Positions 1 to 12,845 of a stretch of DNA of 64,000 nucleotides are shown here, one piece after another. The stretch is from contig JBECUI020000026.1 of assembly GCA_040954595.2 (NCBI GenBank), positions 372,001 to 436,000 on the forward strand. The letters run 5' to 3'. Origin of the DNA: Balanoglossus misakiensis. Lineage: Eukaryota > Animalia > Hemichordata. The position numbers were made by a program, and so were the translations under genes. A model generated the notes under the pieces. It was not told where the DNA came from. It did no database searches and saw only the letters and a list, made by a program, of their open reading frames with translations. How positions within the stretch are numbered: the first letter of the stretch is position 1; the number at the start of each line of letters is the position of its first letter.

Positions 1-14
1 TGGATATATAGTGA

Positions 15-175
15 ATCAACGTTCGACCACACACAACTTCCATCTCGTTTGTGGGATATGAGTGTAAAAATCTCGCCAAAATGAATAAATGGTAGAGACC
101 GATTATTCATTTTGGCGAGTTTTTCACTCTCTTGTGTACAAGTGGTACAGAAATTGTGTGTGATCGATGGTGAGA
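15..175. repeat. Small imperfect palindrome (MITE-like hairpin)
   Basis: gagtgtaaaaatctcgccaaaatgaataa (60-88) pairs with ttattcattttggcgagtttttcactc (103-129); weaker pairing extends outward. Confidence 0.5.
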
Positions 176-282
176 GAGAGACTTTGTCACTTTAACATAC
201 ATGACATTGCTTCTCAGGCTACATGTATACAAATACAGCATCCTTACCAAACAAAACAAAGTAATTCATCTTAATATCTCAC

Positions 283-2538
283 CTGGTATTGCGTGATCAT
301 TAACAATATTAGTCATTGGATCTTCTGTTGAATTCACCGAGTCTATATGACTTCTTCTTTTTTTCCTTGTCAAATCTGGAATTACTTCACCTGAAGAAGG
401 CCTTTTTTTTCGCGATTTACCAGCCGGGAAACTGAAATTGAATTGGATGAAATAACATGAAGATCTTCTTGAAAGGACAGTGATTCAATCTCTGGTAATC
501 AGAGTTGTGTTTGCCACCTTGGCAAATGCTGTAAACCATACACCTTAACAAAAACTGTTTCCCAAGGGTCTATGTCTCAGCCACAGCCAACTTGCTATCA
601 AATATTGGCCCAGCATACAATGCCCAAAGTGGGCCTGATCTAGTTTTCTGTAATATTAACATACCAGTATATCATTGAATGAACTGTAATTCTACCAGAA
701 TCAAAATTTAGTGCTGTAGCAAGTTTGCAATGTGCACTCAGATAAACTAGTCAGCTCAGAGACAGTCATATAATCATTTGATTTCTGAATGGGTTGGAAC
801 AAATTTTTGCAAGACAGACTGGGCGTATTTGCACAATTTTCATGGGTTATAACTGTTAACAGATGACATATTTTAAACTTTGCTCCTGATTGTTTGTCAA
901 CTGACCCAAATTACAAACAATAGCTATGTGACACCGATCGGAAAAGGTGGGCATTTTTCCCATAATTCAAATTACAGTAAACGCCATATTGGAAATTCTG
1001 CCAACTTTCCCTCGATTTTGCAAAAAATTGCGCGACTTATACATGGCGAAAATGTTTTTTTTTTTCTGAAAGAGTGACCTCAAAGCTACAACTTACAAAA
1101 ATGTAGAAATCAGCTGGACCGGATTTTCCCTTTAATGAATTGCAACTTACCGAGCATTAGAAGAAAGCTCTGGAGATACTCTGTCACCAGATGTATTCAT
1201 GGCTGAACTGGAATCACTTGAAGGCCTTTTTTTCTGTGATTTACCACCAGGGCACCTGAAAGTGAATTGGATAAAATAACATGTAAGACTTGAAAGGAAT
1301 GGGATTAAATCGTTGGTACTCAGAGCTGGAACTGTTTGCCACAAACCATACACCCTTGGCAAAACTGTTTCTCCTGAGTAAGCACATATCATGTGTCTTT
1401 TTACAGATAATGGTCATCTCTGATATAATGTTGATTATATGTGCGAGTTAACTTTGCCTATATGTAATGATGCTATGCAATCAGCAATGGTGCTTTTGCA
1501 TAAGATTTACAAAATTTAAGAGAGTGGATGATTTAGTAGAATTTTATTTGATTGCACATGTATTCTAACTTAGATTGTGGTTTATACAAGCTAAGTGTAC
1601 TTACGGAGAATTATCTTCTTGACAAGACGAACTTGAAGATTCTGTATCACTTGATGTATTCATGGCTGAACTGGAACAAGATGCAGATTCTATACCAACA
1701 GACTGCATGCTTATATCTGATTCATCACTTGATTCTCCTCGGGATACACTGTTTTTGTCAACAAGTTCATTAAACTTTGCTACAAAATCGACAGCCAGTT
1801 TGATGTCACGGAAGTTGCGGCAAAAGTCATTCTGATGCCATTCAAATTCTCGGCGATAGAATGTGTGTTTATAACCTTCAAAGATAAGCTGAAAAACAAA
1901 AAAAATGTTAATGAATCATGGACATTCATCTGATTTTTTGTGAGTTTACCTGTTGAGATCGCCAATTGAATACATCGAGTTTATCTCCATGGGTAAACAA
2001 ACGTTTTAGAAAGCCAGCAGTTCAAGCGTTAGCGTTAGAAGAATTTAATCGCAGCATTTTTGGAGTCGGTTATAACCAGTTAGGAGGTTGAAGTAGATAG
2101 GGAAAGAGTTTTTCCACCAGATAAAATCGAATTTCGACCGAAAAGCTGCGGACCGGACCGCAGACTCGTCATTTTTGGCTGTGGTGGACGCCATAACGTA
2201 CGGTGCGTAGACGTAGGGAGCACAAAACCTGTACGCGGGGCTAGGGTGTGCGGTATAGTGTAGGAAAAATACATAGACTAAATAAAATTACAAACCTTTA
2301 TGCCGTTGTGTCCAAGTGCATTTTTACTGTTAGTATCGACAACTGCCTTCTGAACCGCAGACACCGGTTCTTTCACGTCCGATTCTCCTTTCTTTCGACC
2401 AGATTTGGCGAGTCTAACACCTTGTTTGGGACTGACAGCGCTCCTCTTGCCTGTTGTAGTAACGTAAACGTAAACGCCACCAGCAGTGTCGCCTTCGCCA
2501 TCTTCTTTAACTAGCCACCAATGTCGTTTGTTCGTCAT
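283..2538 (-). pseudogene. Fragments of a decayed intron-containing gene with an internally repeated exon module
   Basis: Donor-bounded exon-like blocks near 2296-2538, 1603-1750, 1151-1397 and 283-560. Two blocks encode paralogous peptides (CYFIQFTFRCPGGKSQKKRPSS vs CYFIQFNFSFPAGKSRKKRPSS), and SSSAMNTS also recurs. Stops and frameshifts prevent a clean model. Confidence 0.3.
810..1131. mobile_element. Partial Kolobok-type non-autonomous element, same family as 44424-45032
   Basis: Ends ...gaaatcagctggaccggattttccct followed by TTAA (1132-1135). 950-1131 aligns with the TIR of 44424-45032, and 820-930 is the reverse complement of that element's interior. Confidence 0.75.
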
Positions 2539-3078
2539 ATTCTCCTCTCAAAAGCAGAAATGAAATGATGCAGTGCCACTTGAGCTGAAGCATTTTAAAT
2601 CCTGCTCTGACCCCTGACATTTACTCACACTCACAGCTTGTCCAGGCCCCCACGATCTTTTCCAAAGCCTTGGGACTGTGACGTGTGAATAGACTGTGAA
2701 AGAGTGTAAAACTCCGGGCGACTTCCTGTGTAGCCTCCGTCGCCCCTGGATTGGAAGTCGACCAAATGTTCCCCTCCCCGTGGCATTATGTCCGTAGTTT
2801 ACTCCATATCCTGCATACACATAGATTGAATGCGTAGTTGTAGCTTCGCTTTGCAATTTCTCCACGTACCATGCCTGTCCTGCATGAACTGTGTTTGGTA
2901 TTGCATCGATCAAAAAATCGTAACGATTTTTCGAAAAGCTGAAAATGTTTGCCATAAACTCGCAGCTGATCAGTGAACACGGCCCGGAAGTGTACATACA
3001 TATATCGCTGTGCGAACTGGCCAACCTGTGAAGACAAAATCCATTCGCACTACTAATTCTCACATCACATCAACGACT

Positions 3079-3671
3079 GATCAGCTGGCTGATCAACCGG
3101 AAATTCACCACGTGTGCATAGCAACACGATACTGAAGTAAGACTCAGATTCGGTTTCGGATTCAGTTTCGGATTCGGGTTGGAGAGACTGAAAGTAGTTT
3201 AGCATTTTCGGGCAACCATCGCGGTTTGGCATCTGCAGTACGAGGATGAAAATTACTTTACTAAAACACGAATAAATTTGATTTAATCTGTACTTATTAT
3301 GTATTACATTTTTCTCACCCAAAAAATGTTTATTCAAACCGAAAATTACAAAATATTATCTTTCTATCATTGAAGTATGTTTTTCGATAATAAAATATGT
3401 ATTTAACAATTTCCGATGTGAAAAAACAGTGTTTTGGTGCCAAAAATATCATACTTAACATGTCGAGAGAGTTTGATCAGATATATTCATATTTTAACAG
3501 AGTTATTTTCATACTCGTACTGCAGATGCCACACCGCGATGGTCGCTCGAAAATGCTTAACTACTTTCAGTCTTTCGAACCCGAATCCGAAACCGAATCC
3601 GAGACTGTATCCGAATCCGAAACCGACACTAACTTCAGCATCGTCATAGCAACCGGCCAAACCAGCTGATT
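3079..3671. mobile_element. Foldback/MITE-like element, ~590-bp imperfect palindrome
   Basis: The arms are reverse complements: atcagctgg..ccagctgat at the ends, and ggcatctgcagtacgag vs ctcgtactgcagatgcc. ORFs 3065-3337(-) and 3397-3669(+) translate to near-identical peptides. Confidence 0.75.
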
Positions 3672-4175
3672 GCCGCGCGCCCACAGTGAACGCCTGTGGA
3701 ACTGAACACTTGATCTTTCGGGACCATACCCATCGGTGTGTGCCTTTACTGGGACAACGGTCGTCTGGAGATTAAAACGTCTATCTTCATGTATGTATGA
3801 ACTTCTATATCAGTTCCTCATACGCGTAATGTTGCTGTAGTAACTGTTATTTGTAAATGCAGCCAAAAGTTCTCTTTGAATAGGTATGTGTGGAGGAATA
3901 GCTCGGGTCACAATATCTTGCACACCCCCATAAATTAATGGGATCAGTCAGGTCATGCTGGCAGAGTCCTCGAAGTTTTGCTGACTTTTGGTGAATGCTG
4001 AAATTGCCGATGACACCAACTGGAGTGTATTCCCGAAACAACAGGTATGTGATTCACTTTAATTTCTCGAAGTCAAGTATATCATTTTGACTCTCTGTCA
4101 TTGTATATTACTATTACCACGGATGGATGACCGCGAAGTCACAGTTGTGAAATTTTTGACTGCCAGGCTGTGTAC

Positions 4176-4340
4176 ACAGGTCTGTGTGCTCCCGGCGTTA
4201 TGAAGCATCGATTCCCACTGACTGTAGCCTGATATTGATATAACATGCTACTCATATGATATAACATGTTATATCATATCAGGCTACAGTCAGTGGGAAT
4301 CGATCGCCTATGGTTTAACGCCGGGAACACACAGACCTGT
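4176..4340. repeat. ~165-bp near-perfect hairpin upstream of the transposase gene
   Basis: acaggtctgtgtgctcccggcgtta pairs with taacgccgggaacacacagacctgt; atcgattcccactgactgtagcctgatat pairs with atatcaggctacagtcagtgggaatcgat. Confidence 0.85.
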
Positions 4341-4696
4341 ACGCAGGGCTTAGGCTGAGTGATGCCTTTCTACTTCCGGGCTTCGATCATGATCGGGTGA
4401 TATGTACATGTTGTGTGATTTCTTGAGGTGTGTAGGTGGGCCACGCTAATTACATGCTTCATTATTTCGGAATCACAGTGGTGACATCACAAAGCTTTGA
4501 ATGTGAATTTGTGAAGTTATTGGAAACCAAACAAAATGTGTCTGTTGATGCAGGCCTCAAGGTTCAACCTGGCTGTAGATGGGGTTTTGTTCAAAGGAAG
4601 TTGTCATTTACTCATTGACAACAATATTTAAGTGGACGGTCAAAACGTGTTCCGTATGTTTACATGACAATATTATTTCTTGCCCCGGTAGGTGTC

Positions 4697-7600
4697 ATGG
4701 ATTCCTCTTGTTCTACAGTTGTAGAAGAAAGTTTTTCATCATCTGAGGGGATGACAAGTGTGGAAGAAACCGATACATCTGTAGAAAACTCTTTAAACTC
4801 CTCTGTATTGACAGTTGTGGAGGGACTGAATGACTCTGTGACATTAGATATACCTGATAATTATCATGAAACCTCAAGTGAAAATGATGTATGTATTCTC
4901 GACCCGCAAGAACCTGAAGTGGCCTGTTCATCTAGCATGTCTTCATCAGACATTGGTGATTTTGATGGGAGTTTTGGTAACTGTGAAGAAGATAATATTG
5001 TCTCATCCAGTCCTGTGAAGAGGCGACGCTTTTCTGCACCACTCAGGGAGCCAACAGAAGTTTTAAAGATGGCCTGCTGTGGGGACAAGTGTATGACCAG
5101 TCTCTCGCAAAATGACATCATGGCATCAGAACAGTTCTTTAAGACATCACTTGATGAAGCAGAGCAAGGACAGTTTATCCTTAAACAAATTCAGCAGCAT
5201 TCATACACATGTTATGGGAAAACAAGATCAAAACTTGTTTTGAATTTGGTCATACGTGGAAGATGTGTATGTGAAGTAGCTTGGTGCAATGTATTTGACA
5301 CATCTTATCACAGATTTACAAAGTATAAGAAATTAGTGAAAGGTGGTGCCACTAGTGTTTTGCATGGAAACCGGGGAAAAACAAGGATGCAGGAGAAAAC
5401 CTCACGATCAATAGCATGGATGAGGTTCCACTTTGAACGGATCGGTGATTACATGCCACACAAGAACATTGTTCGCCTTCCTACATTTCTTACCAAGGGT
5501 GATCTGTGGACACGTATGAAGACTCAGTTGGCTGAAGGATTGTTCTTTTCACACATATCATATGGCTACTTCTGTGATATATGGAGAAAGCACTTGCCAG
5601 AATTTCGTACTGGTGTGGTAAGTATAAATTCTTTGAGGACTTTAGTCTTTTCAGCATGCTATAGACAGTAGAACAAAATAAGAAACTGGTTGACACACAC
5701 AACTAGAGAGCTGAAAAATAGGCAGCCACTTTTGATGTGCCTTGACTTTTCTACCTTTTTATGAAGTTTCTTTCCAAGAAAATATTGATAATTGACTGCA
5801 CCCTTTACTATGGAGAAATCATTTGAAAATAGGGGCTTGTAAATAAAATGCTGCTGATTGCAAGAGAGTAAATTTTATATCTTTTGTTGCAGACCTCAGA
5901 CTTTTCTGAATGTGGTGATTGTGCACAGATACGGGGTGCTATCTCAAAAGCAGCTACTGATTCTGAACGACAAAACCTCATGAAAGTTCGAGAAGTTCAT
6001 GAGAAGAGGGTTGAGTAAGTTACAGTTCCTTGATTTAATCCAGCTACATAAGTAATGATGCGTGTAGATTTCACAAAGTACATTGTAATTTGTATGTTAC
6101 ATTGTCTCAGTACTGGTACTCAGCACTCAGTACACTGTTAAAAATATACACACTGAGAAAAACTTTAATTGACATAGGACACTGTTTAATTTCAGAACAG
6201 AAAGGGCAGTCTATCATGATGCCAGGGAAAAGGCAGTGCGACAGCCAGATGATTTGCTTGTCATGATAATTGATGGCATGGACCAGAAAAAGACGTATTT
6301 TCCAAGGTTACTCCGAGAGAAAAAGGACACAGAAAACCTAGGAAAGATCCCTATGCATACAACAGGTGTGTCTACCTATTTATTCTAGGAAGTACATGTA
6401 CATGTACATGTACCTGTAATCTGTGCTGTGTAAAGATATGTGGTTGTAAGATGTGTTTTTTGCGTGTTAAATGTGTAAACATTGTAAATGTTGACAAATG
6501 AATTCTAGTCTGGACTAGAATAAAAATATCAACAATAACATTGTAGTTGACATGTGAAGACACAGGAGTATAAAGCAATTCAGAATTGATGCGCTAACCT
6601 TTTTAATTTTATGTTTTCAGTCTTTTTAATTTTTTATTCAGTTTTGGTCAAGAAAAATTCAGCTTGATGGTGGCTTGTTCAAATCTTCACATCCACTATG
6701 GTATAAAAATGCAAGAGCCCATTTTTATGGCTTGTATGTTAAATATATGTTTCTTAATTTTTTTGCAGGAAGTTTGATTCATACTAATGTCCCTGAAGGC
6801 AAACTAGCAGTAATGCGACTTGACATCCACAACTTTCCACATGATTCGAACATGACTATCAATAATATCATGTGGAATTTGGTTGATAACAGAGAAAGGC
6901 TATCAAAAAAGCTTCATCTTCAATTAGACAACTGCTACAGGGAAAACAAAAATCGGTATCTTCTGTCCTTTGCATCTCTGTTGGTGGAGTATGATATATT
7001 TGAAGAGGTAGGTCATTACATGATGTTGAGAAATTTACACACAAGCACATACACTCACACTGTTTTGTTTATACCATTACCAAGTAATATAAGTGAAGTA
7101 CCTTCCCTTAGCAGTAGTCGTTTCAGTAAAAGTGTGCAAGTTACTGCAATAGAAAAATTGTTAGTAAGATTTGATTTTAATGTGTAATACGAGTACAATC
7201 AGGTGATGTAAGGCTAGATAATGGGTTGGGTTAGGAAAGAAGACCATCTTGTCATCTGTAATATTGATTTTTATCTTCTGTTTGTTAGGTGGTGATGAAC
7301 TTTCTACCCGTGGGTCACACTCATGAAGGTAAGTACTTTATTAATTTCGTTTAATACATGTCAACAATTAGTATTTGAAGAGCCTGAAAATATCCAATGA
7401 TTCATGTGAATTTGTTAGATTATGATTTTCCACATTCACTACATACCTGATACATGTGATTTACAGGTCACTTGAACAAATTATCTGTTAGTATGAAAGT
7501 GGTGCAAATATAATATAAATGTAATAGATGCCTAAAATTCCTCATTTTTTATCAAACTAATCATGTGTGCCATACTATTTATTCTGCAGACGTTGACCAA

Positions 7601-10600
7601 ATGTTCAGTCGAGTGTCTACCGCACTGAGGAAAGCAAATTCCTTCACCCTGGCAGGTATGAATAATGAATTTTCTATGTCAGGGGTTGCTTCCCGTCCTT
7701 CATATTTGTCAGGGGAACTCCTACTTTATGTGAAGGGTGGGTAGACTAGGGGTCCTAATTCTTAATTTATTATCACTATTAAATATCATTTGCCTGGTAT
7801 TGACTCCCTCTGAGAAATCACTATTGCAATTCCTGTCTATATAGATTCAGCTAAGGATTTGAAAATAAACAAATACATTGGAGTCTATGATACGAAAACT
7901 AAATGCTGAAGAGAAATTAGAGACAGACATTTGGCTACAGTGTCATTGATGAAAATTGAACGGGGCCCTTTACCCTCATACCTGTTCATATTTCAGATCC
8001 CATCACGATCAAAATGCTGACAATGTATCTTGGGATTTCTTCATTTCAGAATTAATGCACAATATTCATGACAGCTATACACCATCAATTAAAGGTATAC
8101 GGTCACCTATACAAATTTAGCCGCAGTTACCATGGTAAATTGAGATCTAACCAATCACAGATTTTCAGTGGGTGGCACACGCGAAAATAAAATGTTCTTT
8201 AGAACACTCAAATACGCCATTTCAACTATATATGGCGATATGTAAATTGGAGGTGACCGTATACCTTTAAGGTCGAAGAAGTGAAGTATCTCTTCAATGT
8301 GAAAGAATGGCTAGAGCCATATATGGCTGGTAGATTCGGGGGGCATTCAAAACCCCACAATTTCAGATTTCGGAAATTCAGTGGACGAGCTCGGATGCAC
8401 TACAGACGATGGTCGACTGATGCCTGGCAACCAACTTATGATGAAGACAATGCAGATGCACAAGGGCTGGTATGCTTTGAAGTAAGTTATACTGATATAC
8501 ATACTGTACATCATGTATCCTGGTTGACCAAGGATTTTTGTGCAATATTTTGACTTTTGCATTTTTTATGAAATCAGAAATTTCTCCAAAGTTTAATTGT
8601 TGATTTATTTTGTAAATTTCAAAACAATGCCACATAAAGAACGCCTTAAAACAGCGATTTTTAGTACTGATACTGTGACACTAGGCATACGTATGGATTA
8701 AATGTTTAGAAGTAAAACTGCCATTAGCTTCTAGTTTTTGTCCGGTTATACTTATACAGTTTTCATACTATAACGGTTATGCCTTTAAGAACAAGAGTGT
8801 CTAAGCAATTTTATAATGTTTTGTTTTCCGACAATGACACCATAGAACCGGTGTGACATACCTGATCAGGATTGAGGACATAACAGATATCCTGCTTATA
8901 ATGAAAAGAAAATGCACTATTGCTATTTTTTATTTGTAGATAAACATCCCACCAACACTGTGAAGTTGTGAAAACAGACATACATTGAAACCTGAAACGT
9001 GTTATTTCACACACCTCTCACATCAATACACCTGTCTACGAAAGTCAGATAAAAGTGTTAAAAATCAGTGTAGTTTAAAGTTCAGATTTCACTCATGTAT
9101 TTTGTGACACCTTTGGTTTTGAGTTGTTCAGTCAATCTTAAAGTATTCAATTATTTAATTATTTTCACAGACTGTGCCAGATGTTAATGTTGTGCCCAGC
9201 ATGGTTGAACCATCCCTCCTGAAACTTGATCTCCAGAAGATAAGAAATGACATTCCAGACAAATATGGCAACTATATGCCTCCAGCAACTATGGAACATC
9301 TGAAAAATTTTATAAATAGCATCGAGCAGTATGGACAGGTGAGTTTGAATTACTCATATGGCTAGTACTCTTGTGTTATAACAGGCAAGTGTATGGCAAC
9401 TTCATGCCTTTATGTAGAATTTTCTCAGTATGTCATTTTGCCATGTTTAACACTGCAAAATAGTGTTATACAAAATAATGATGATCCAGAGTTTACTAAT
9501 ATCACACAACTGTACTGAACACCTATTCTCATAAACTATTTTCAGGATTTGTCTATCGTCCTTATAAAGTTATTGCAATTTAAACAAATTAATTAAACAA
9601 CAAATCATCTTTAAAACTTTGATCTACAATTGTGAGAAAACTAAGATGTCTTTCGAAACACGTTTTTGCTGAGTGACATTATTATTACTGTTTTGTTGGT
9701 TTATACTTTTTCAAGTAAATTTTAATAAGTTCCTGAGTTTTCCATTAATGTATAGTCCTTGCTAAAAACCAAATGATTTGCGATTAAAAATATTTTGCAG
9801 CAAACCTCACAAGCTACCTACATTAGCTGTTTAAAAGATTAATAAAGGTCAGCACACACATACAAGGTCACATGCTGATTTTGTTTCGAATTGTCACTCT
9901 ACACTGACTATAGGTAGCAGAAGAACCTGATGAGTGGCCTCTTCAGCAATTAATTGATGACGCTAGAAGGAGAAGAAGTACAAGACTTGAAACTGAAGGT
10001 GACATACCAGAAAATGTTCAAAGAATTCAAGAACGGATGGAATCTGTGTGTCCTACAGTAAGTGCCTGCACATTGAGTTTGCAGCGGTGTTTACTTTCTT
10101 AATAGAGATTTAGCATCTGTTTGCCATCATGTACATCGAAGCAGGAGCTGTTTTTAATGTTGGGAAAGTCTACATGTCTGTTCATATGTACATGTGTGTA
10201 GATAGCCACAAAAAGTCCTCATATTCTAGTGAATTTCTTTTTTAAAAATAAACTGTGATTATTTAGCAGATAAAGTAAGCTCTAGCTCAAATGATTATGT
10301 GAAGCTATTTTGTCTTACTCTAGGTAACTATTGGAAGGCAAGGACGGCAAGCCGAAACAGCTGAAGTTGTAGATGATTTCTCAACATTGGCTGTAGGAAT
10401 GTTTGTTGCAGTATATTGCCCTGAGTCAGAGGAGGTACCTCAAATAGGAAAGGTGGTCAATAGGGATGATACCTCTTTTACCATACACTGGTACCAGGGC
10501 AAATGGAACACATCATGGAAACCATGCTACCTCACAAAAGGACGAGCAAAAGTGCCATGGGAGGACAAGCAAGATCTGGCTGCAGCAATCCTGTGGGACT

Positions 10601-10683
10601 TTGACTTCAACGGCAGGGGAATGCTAAGCAAAACAACAAGGACTATCTTGGCAGAAAAGTATGAAAGATTTCATGCTGTATGA
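4697..10683 (+). CDS. Multi-exon Sola-like / DUF7869-type RNase H-fold transposase (~827 aa), exon 7 interrupted by a MITE
   Basis: GT-AG exons in consistent phase: 4697-5617, 5893-6014, 6196-6365, 6769-7007, 7289-7328, 7590-7655, 8050-8481 (minus a 178-bp insert), 9171-9338, 9914-10057, 10324-10683. Motifs: CC-x3-C, FSECGDC, IIDGMDQ, LQLDNCYRENKN, FLPVGHTHEDVDQMFS, KPHNFRF, plus a Trp-rich C-terminal domain. Confidence 0.8.
8093..8266. mobile_element. 174-bp Kolobok-type MITE in a coding exon
   Basis: TTAA TSD at 8089-8092 and 8267-8270; TIR AGGTATACGGTCACCT..AGGTGACCGTATACCT. Removal restores SYTPSIKVEEVKYLF. RR termini with a TTAA target are the Kolobok signature. Confidence 0.9.
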
Positions 10684-11089
10684 ATGTCTGTAACAAACAG
10701 ATGTTGAAAGGAAACCCTTCTTGTTTAACTTTACAGCTGTCAGCAGTCCTTATTAACCAGCGTAGACTGCCCATTATCAACTTGATGTTTATCCTTATCA
10801 CTCTACATTATCAGGCATTGGAATGTGTAAACTACCTAGTAATGGCTGTGCCAGAGAGAAAACAAGTGTCTATTGTCAATGTTTATCACTATTGTCAATG
10901 TTTATGACAGGTGATAAACAAGTGGAATTCAATACAAATTAACACTTCTGGACCCTTCAGTGTCCACTGTAACTTTGCTGGTTGTATATGTCATTAATTT
11001 TTTTGTTTCCGAAGTATGACTGCATTCAGTGTTTGATTGCATTTAATTCATTTGCTACTGCATCAGCCACAATGTCCACGCAATCCTCA

Positions 11090-12845
11090 ACCAATTCTAT
11101 GCCCTCATTCTCCCCTCCCCAACAAATTCTATGCCCTCATTTCTCCCCTCCCAAGAATGGCGGCAACAAATTCTATGCCCTCATTTCTCCCCTCCCAAGA
11201 ATGGCGGCACCAAATTCCATGCCCCCATTTCTCCCCTCCCAAGAATGGCGGCACCAAATTCTATGCCCTCATTTCTCCCCTCCCAAGAATGGCGGCAACA
11301 AATTCTATGCCCTCATTTCTCCCCTCCCAAGAATGGCGGCAACAAATTCTATGCCCCCATTTCTCCCCTCCCAAGAATGGCGGCAACAAATTCTATGCCC
11401 CCATTTCTCCCCTCCCAAGAATTGCGGCAACAAATTCCATGCCCCCATTTCTCCCCTCCCAAGAATGGCGGCAACAAATTCCATGCCCCCATTTCTCCCC
11501 TCCAAGGAATGGCGGCAACAAATTCTATGCCCCCATTTCTCCCCTCCAAAGAATGGCGGCAACAAATTCTATGCCCCCATTTCTCCCCTCCCAAGAATGG
11601 CGGCAACAAATTGTATGCCCCCATTTCTCCCCTCCCAAGAATGGCGGCAACAAATTCTATGCCCCCATTTCTCCCCTCCCAAGAATGGCGGCAACAAATT
11701 CTATGCCCCCATTTCTCCCCTCCCAAGAATTGCGGCAACAAATTCCATGCCCCCATTTCTCCCCTCCCAAGAATGGCGGCAACAAATTCCATGCCCCCAT
11801 TTCTCCCCTCCAAGGAATGGCGGCAACAAATTCTATGCCCCCATTTCTCCCCTCCAAAGAATGGCGGCAACAAATTCTATGCCCCCATTTCTCCCCTCCC
11901 AAGAATGGCGGCAACAAATTCTATGCCCTCATTTCTCCCCTCCCAAGAATGGCGGCAACAAATTCCATGCCCCCATTTCTCCCCTCCCAAGAATGGCGGC
12001 AACAAATTCTATGCCCCCATTTCTCCCCTCCCAAGAATGGCGGCAACAAATTCTATGCCCCCATTTCTCCCCTCCCAAGAATGATGACACCAAATTCTAT
12101 GCCCCCATTTCTCCCCTCCCAAGAATGGCGGCAACAAATTCTATGCCCCCATTTCTCCCCTCCAAAGAATGGCGGCAACAAATTCTATGCCCCCATTTCT
12201 CCCCTCCCAAGAATGGCGGCAACAAATTGTATGCCCCCATTTCTCCCCTCCCAAGAATGGCGGCAACAAATTCTATGCCCCCATTTCTCCCCTCCCAAGA
12301 ATGGCGGCAACAAATTCTATGCCCCCATTTCTCCCCTCCCAAGAATTGCGGCAACAAATTCCATGCCCCCATTTCTCCCCTCCCAAGAATGGCGGCAACA
12401 AATTCCATGCCCCCATTTCTCCCCTCCAAGGAATGGCGGCAACAAATTCTATGCCCCCATTTCTCCCCTCCAAAGAATGGCGGCAACAAATTCTATGCCC
12501 CCATTTCTCCCCTCCCAAGAATGGCGGCAACAAATTCTATGCCCTCATTTCTCCCCTCCCAAGAATGGCGGCAACAAATTCCATGCCCCCATTTCTCCCC
12601 TCCCAAGAATGGCGGCAACAAATTCTATGCCCCCATTTCTCCCCTCCCCAACAAATTCTATACCCTCATTTCTCCCCTCCCTAACAAATTCTACGCCCCA
12701 TATCTCCCCTCCCAAGAATGGCGGCACCAAATTCTATGCCCTCATTTCTCCCCTCCCAAGAATGGGGGCACCAAATTCTATGCCCTCATTTCTCCCCTCC
12801 CAAAATTGGCGGCAACAAATTCTATCCCCTCATTCTCCTCATTCA
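11090..12845. repeat. 44-bp minisatellite, ~40 copies, with 308-bp higher-order structure
   Basis: Unit ccccatttctcccctcccaagaatggcggcaacaaattctatgc. The variant 'aattgcggc' recurs at 11420, 11728 and 12344 (+7 units, then +14 units). Units decay at both edges. Confidence 0.97.

Noticed and set aside
3065-3669. Pair of paralogous small genes (..ESETESET..)
   Set aside because: They are the two arms of a palindrome.
11090-12845. CRISPR-like array
   Set aside because: Head-to-tail units with no unique spacers; eukaryotic context; no cas genes.
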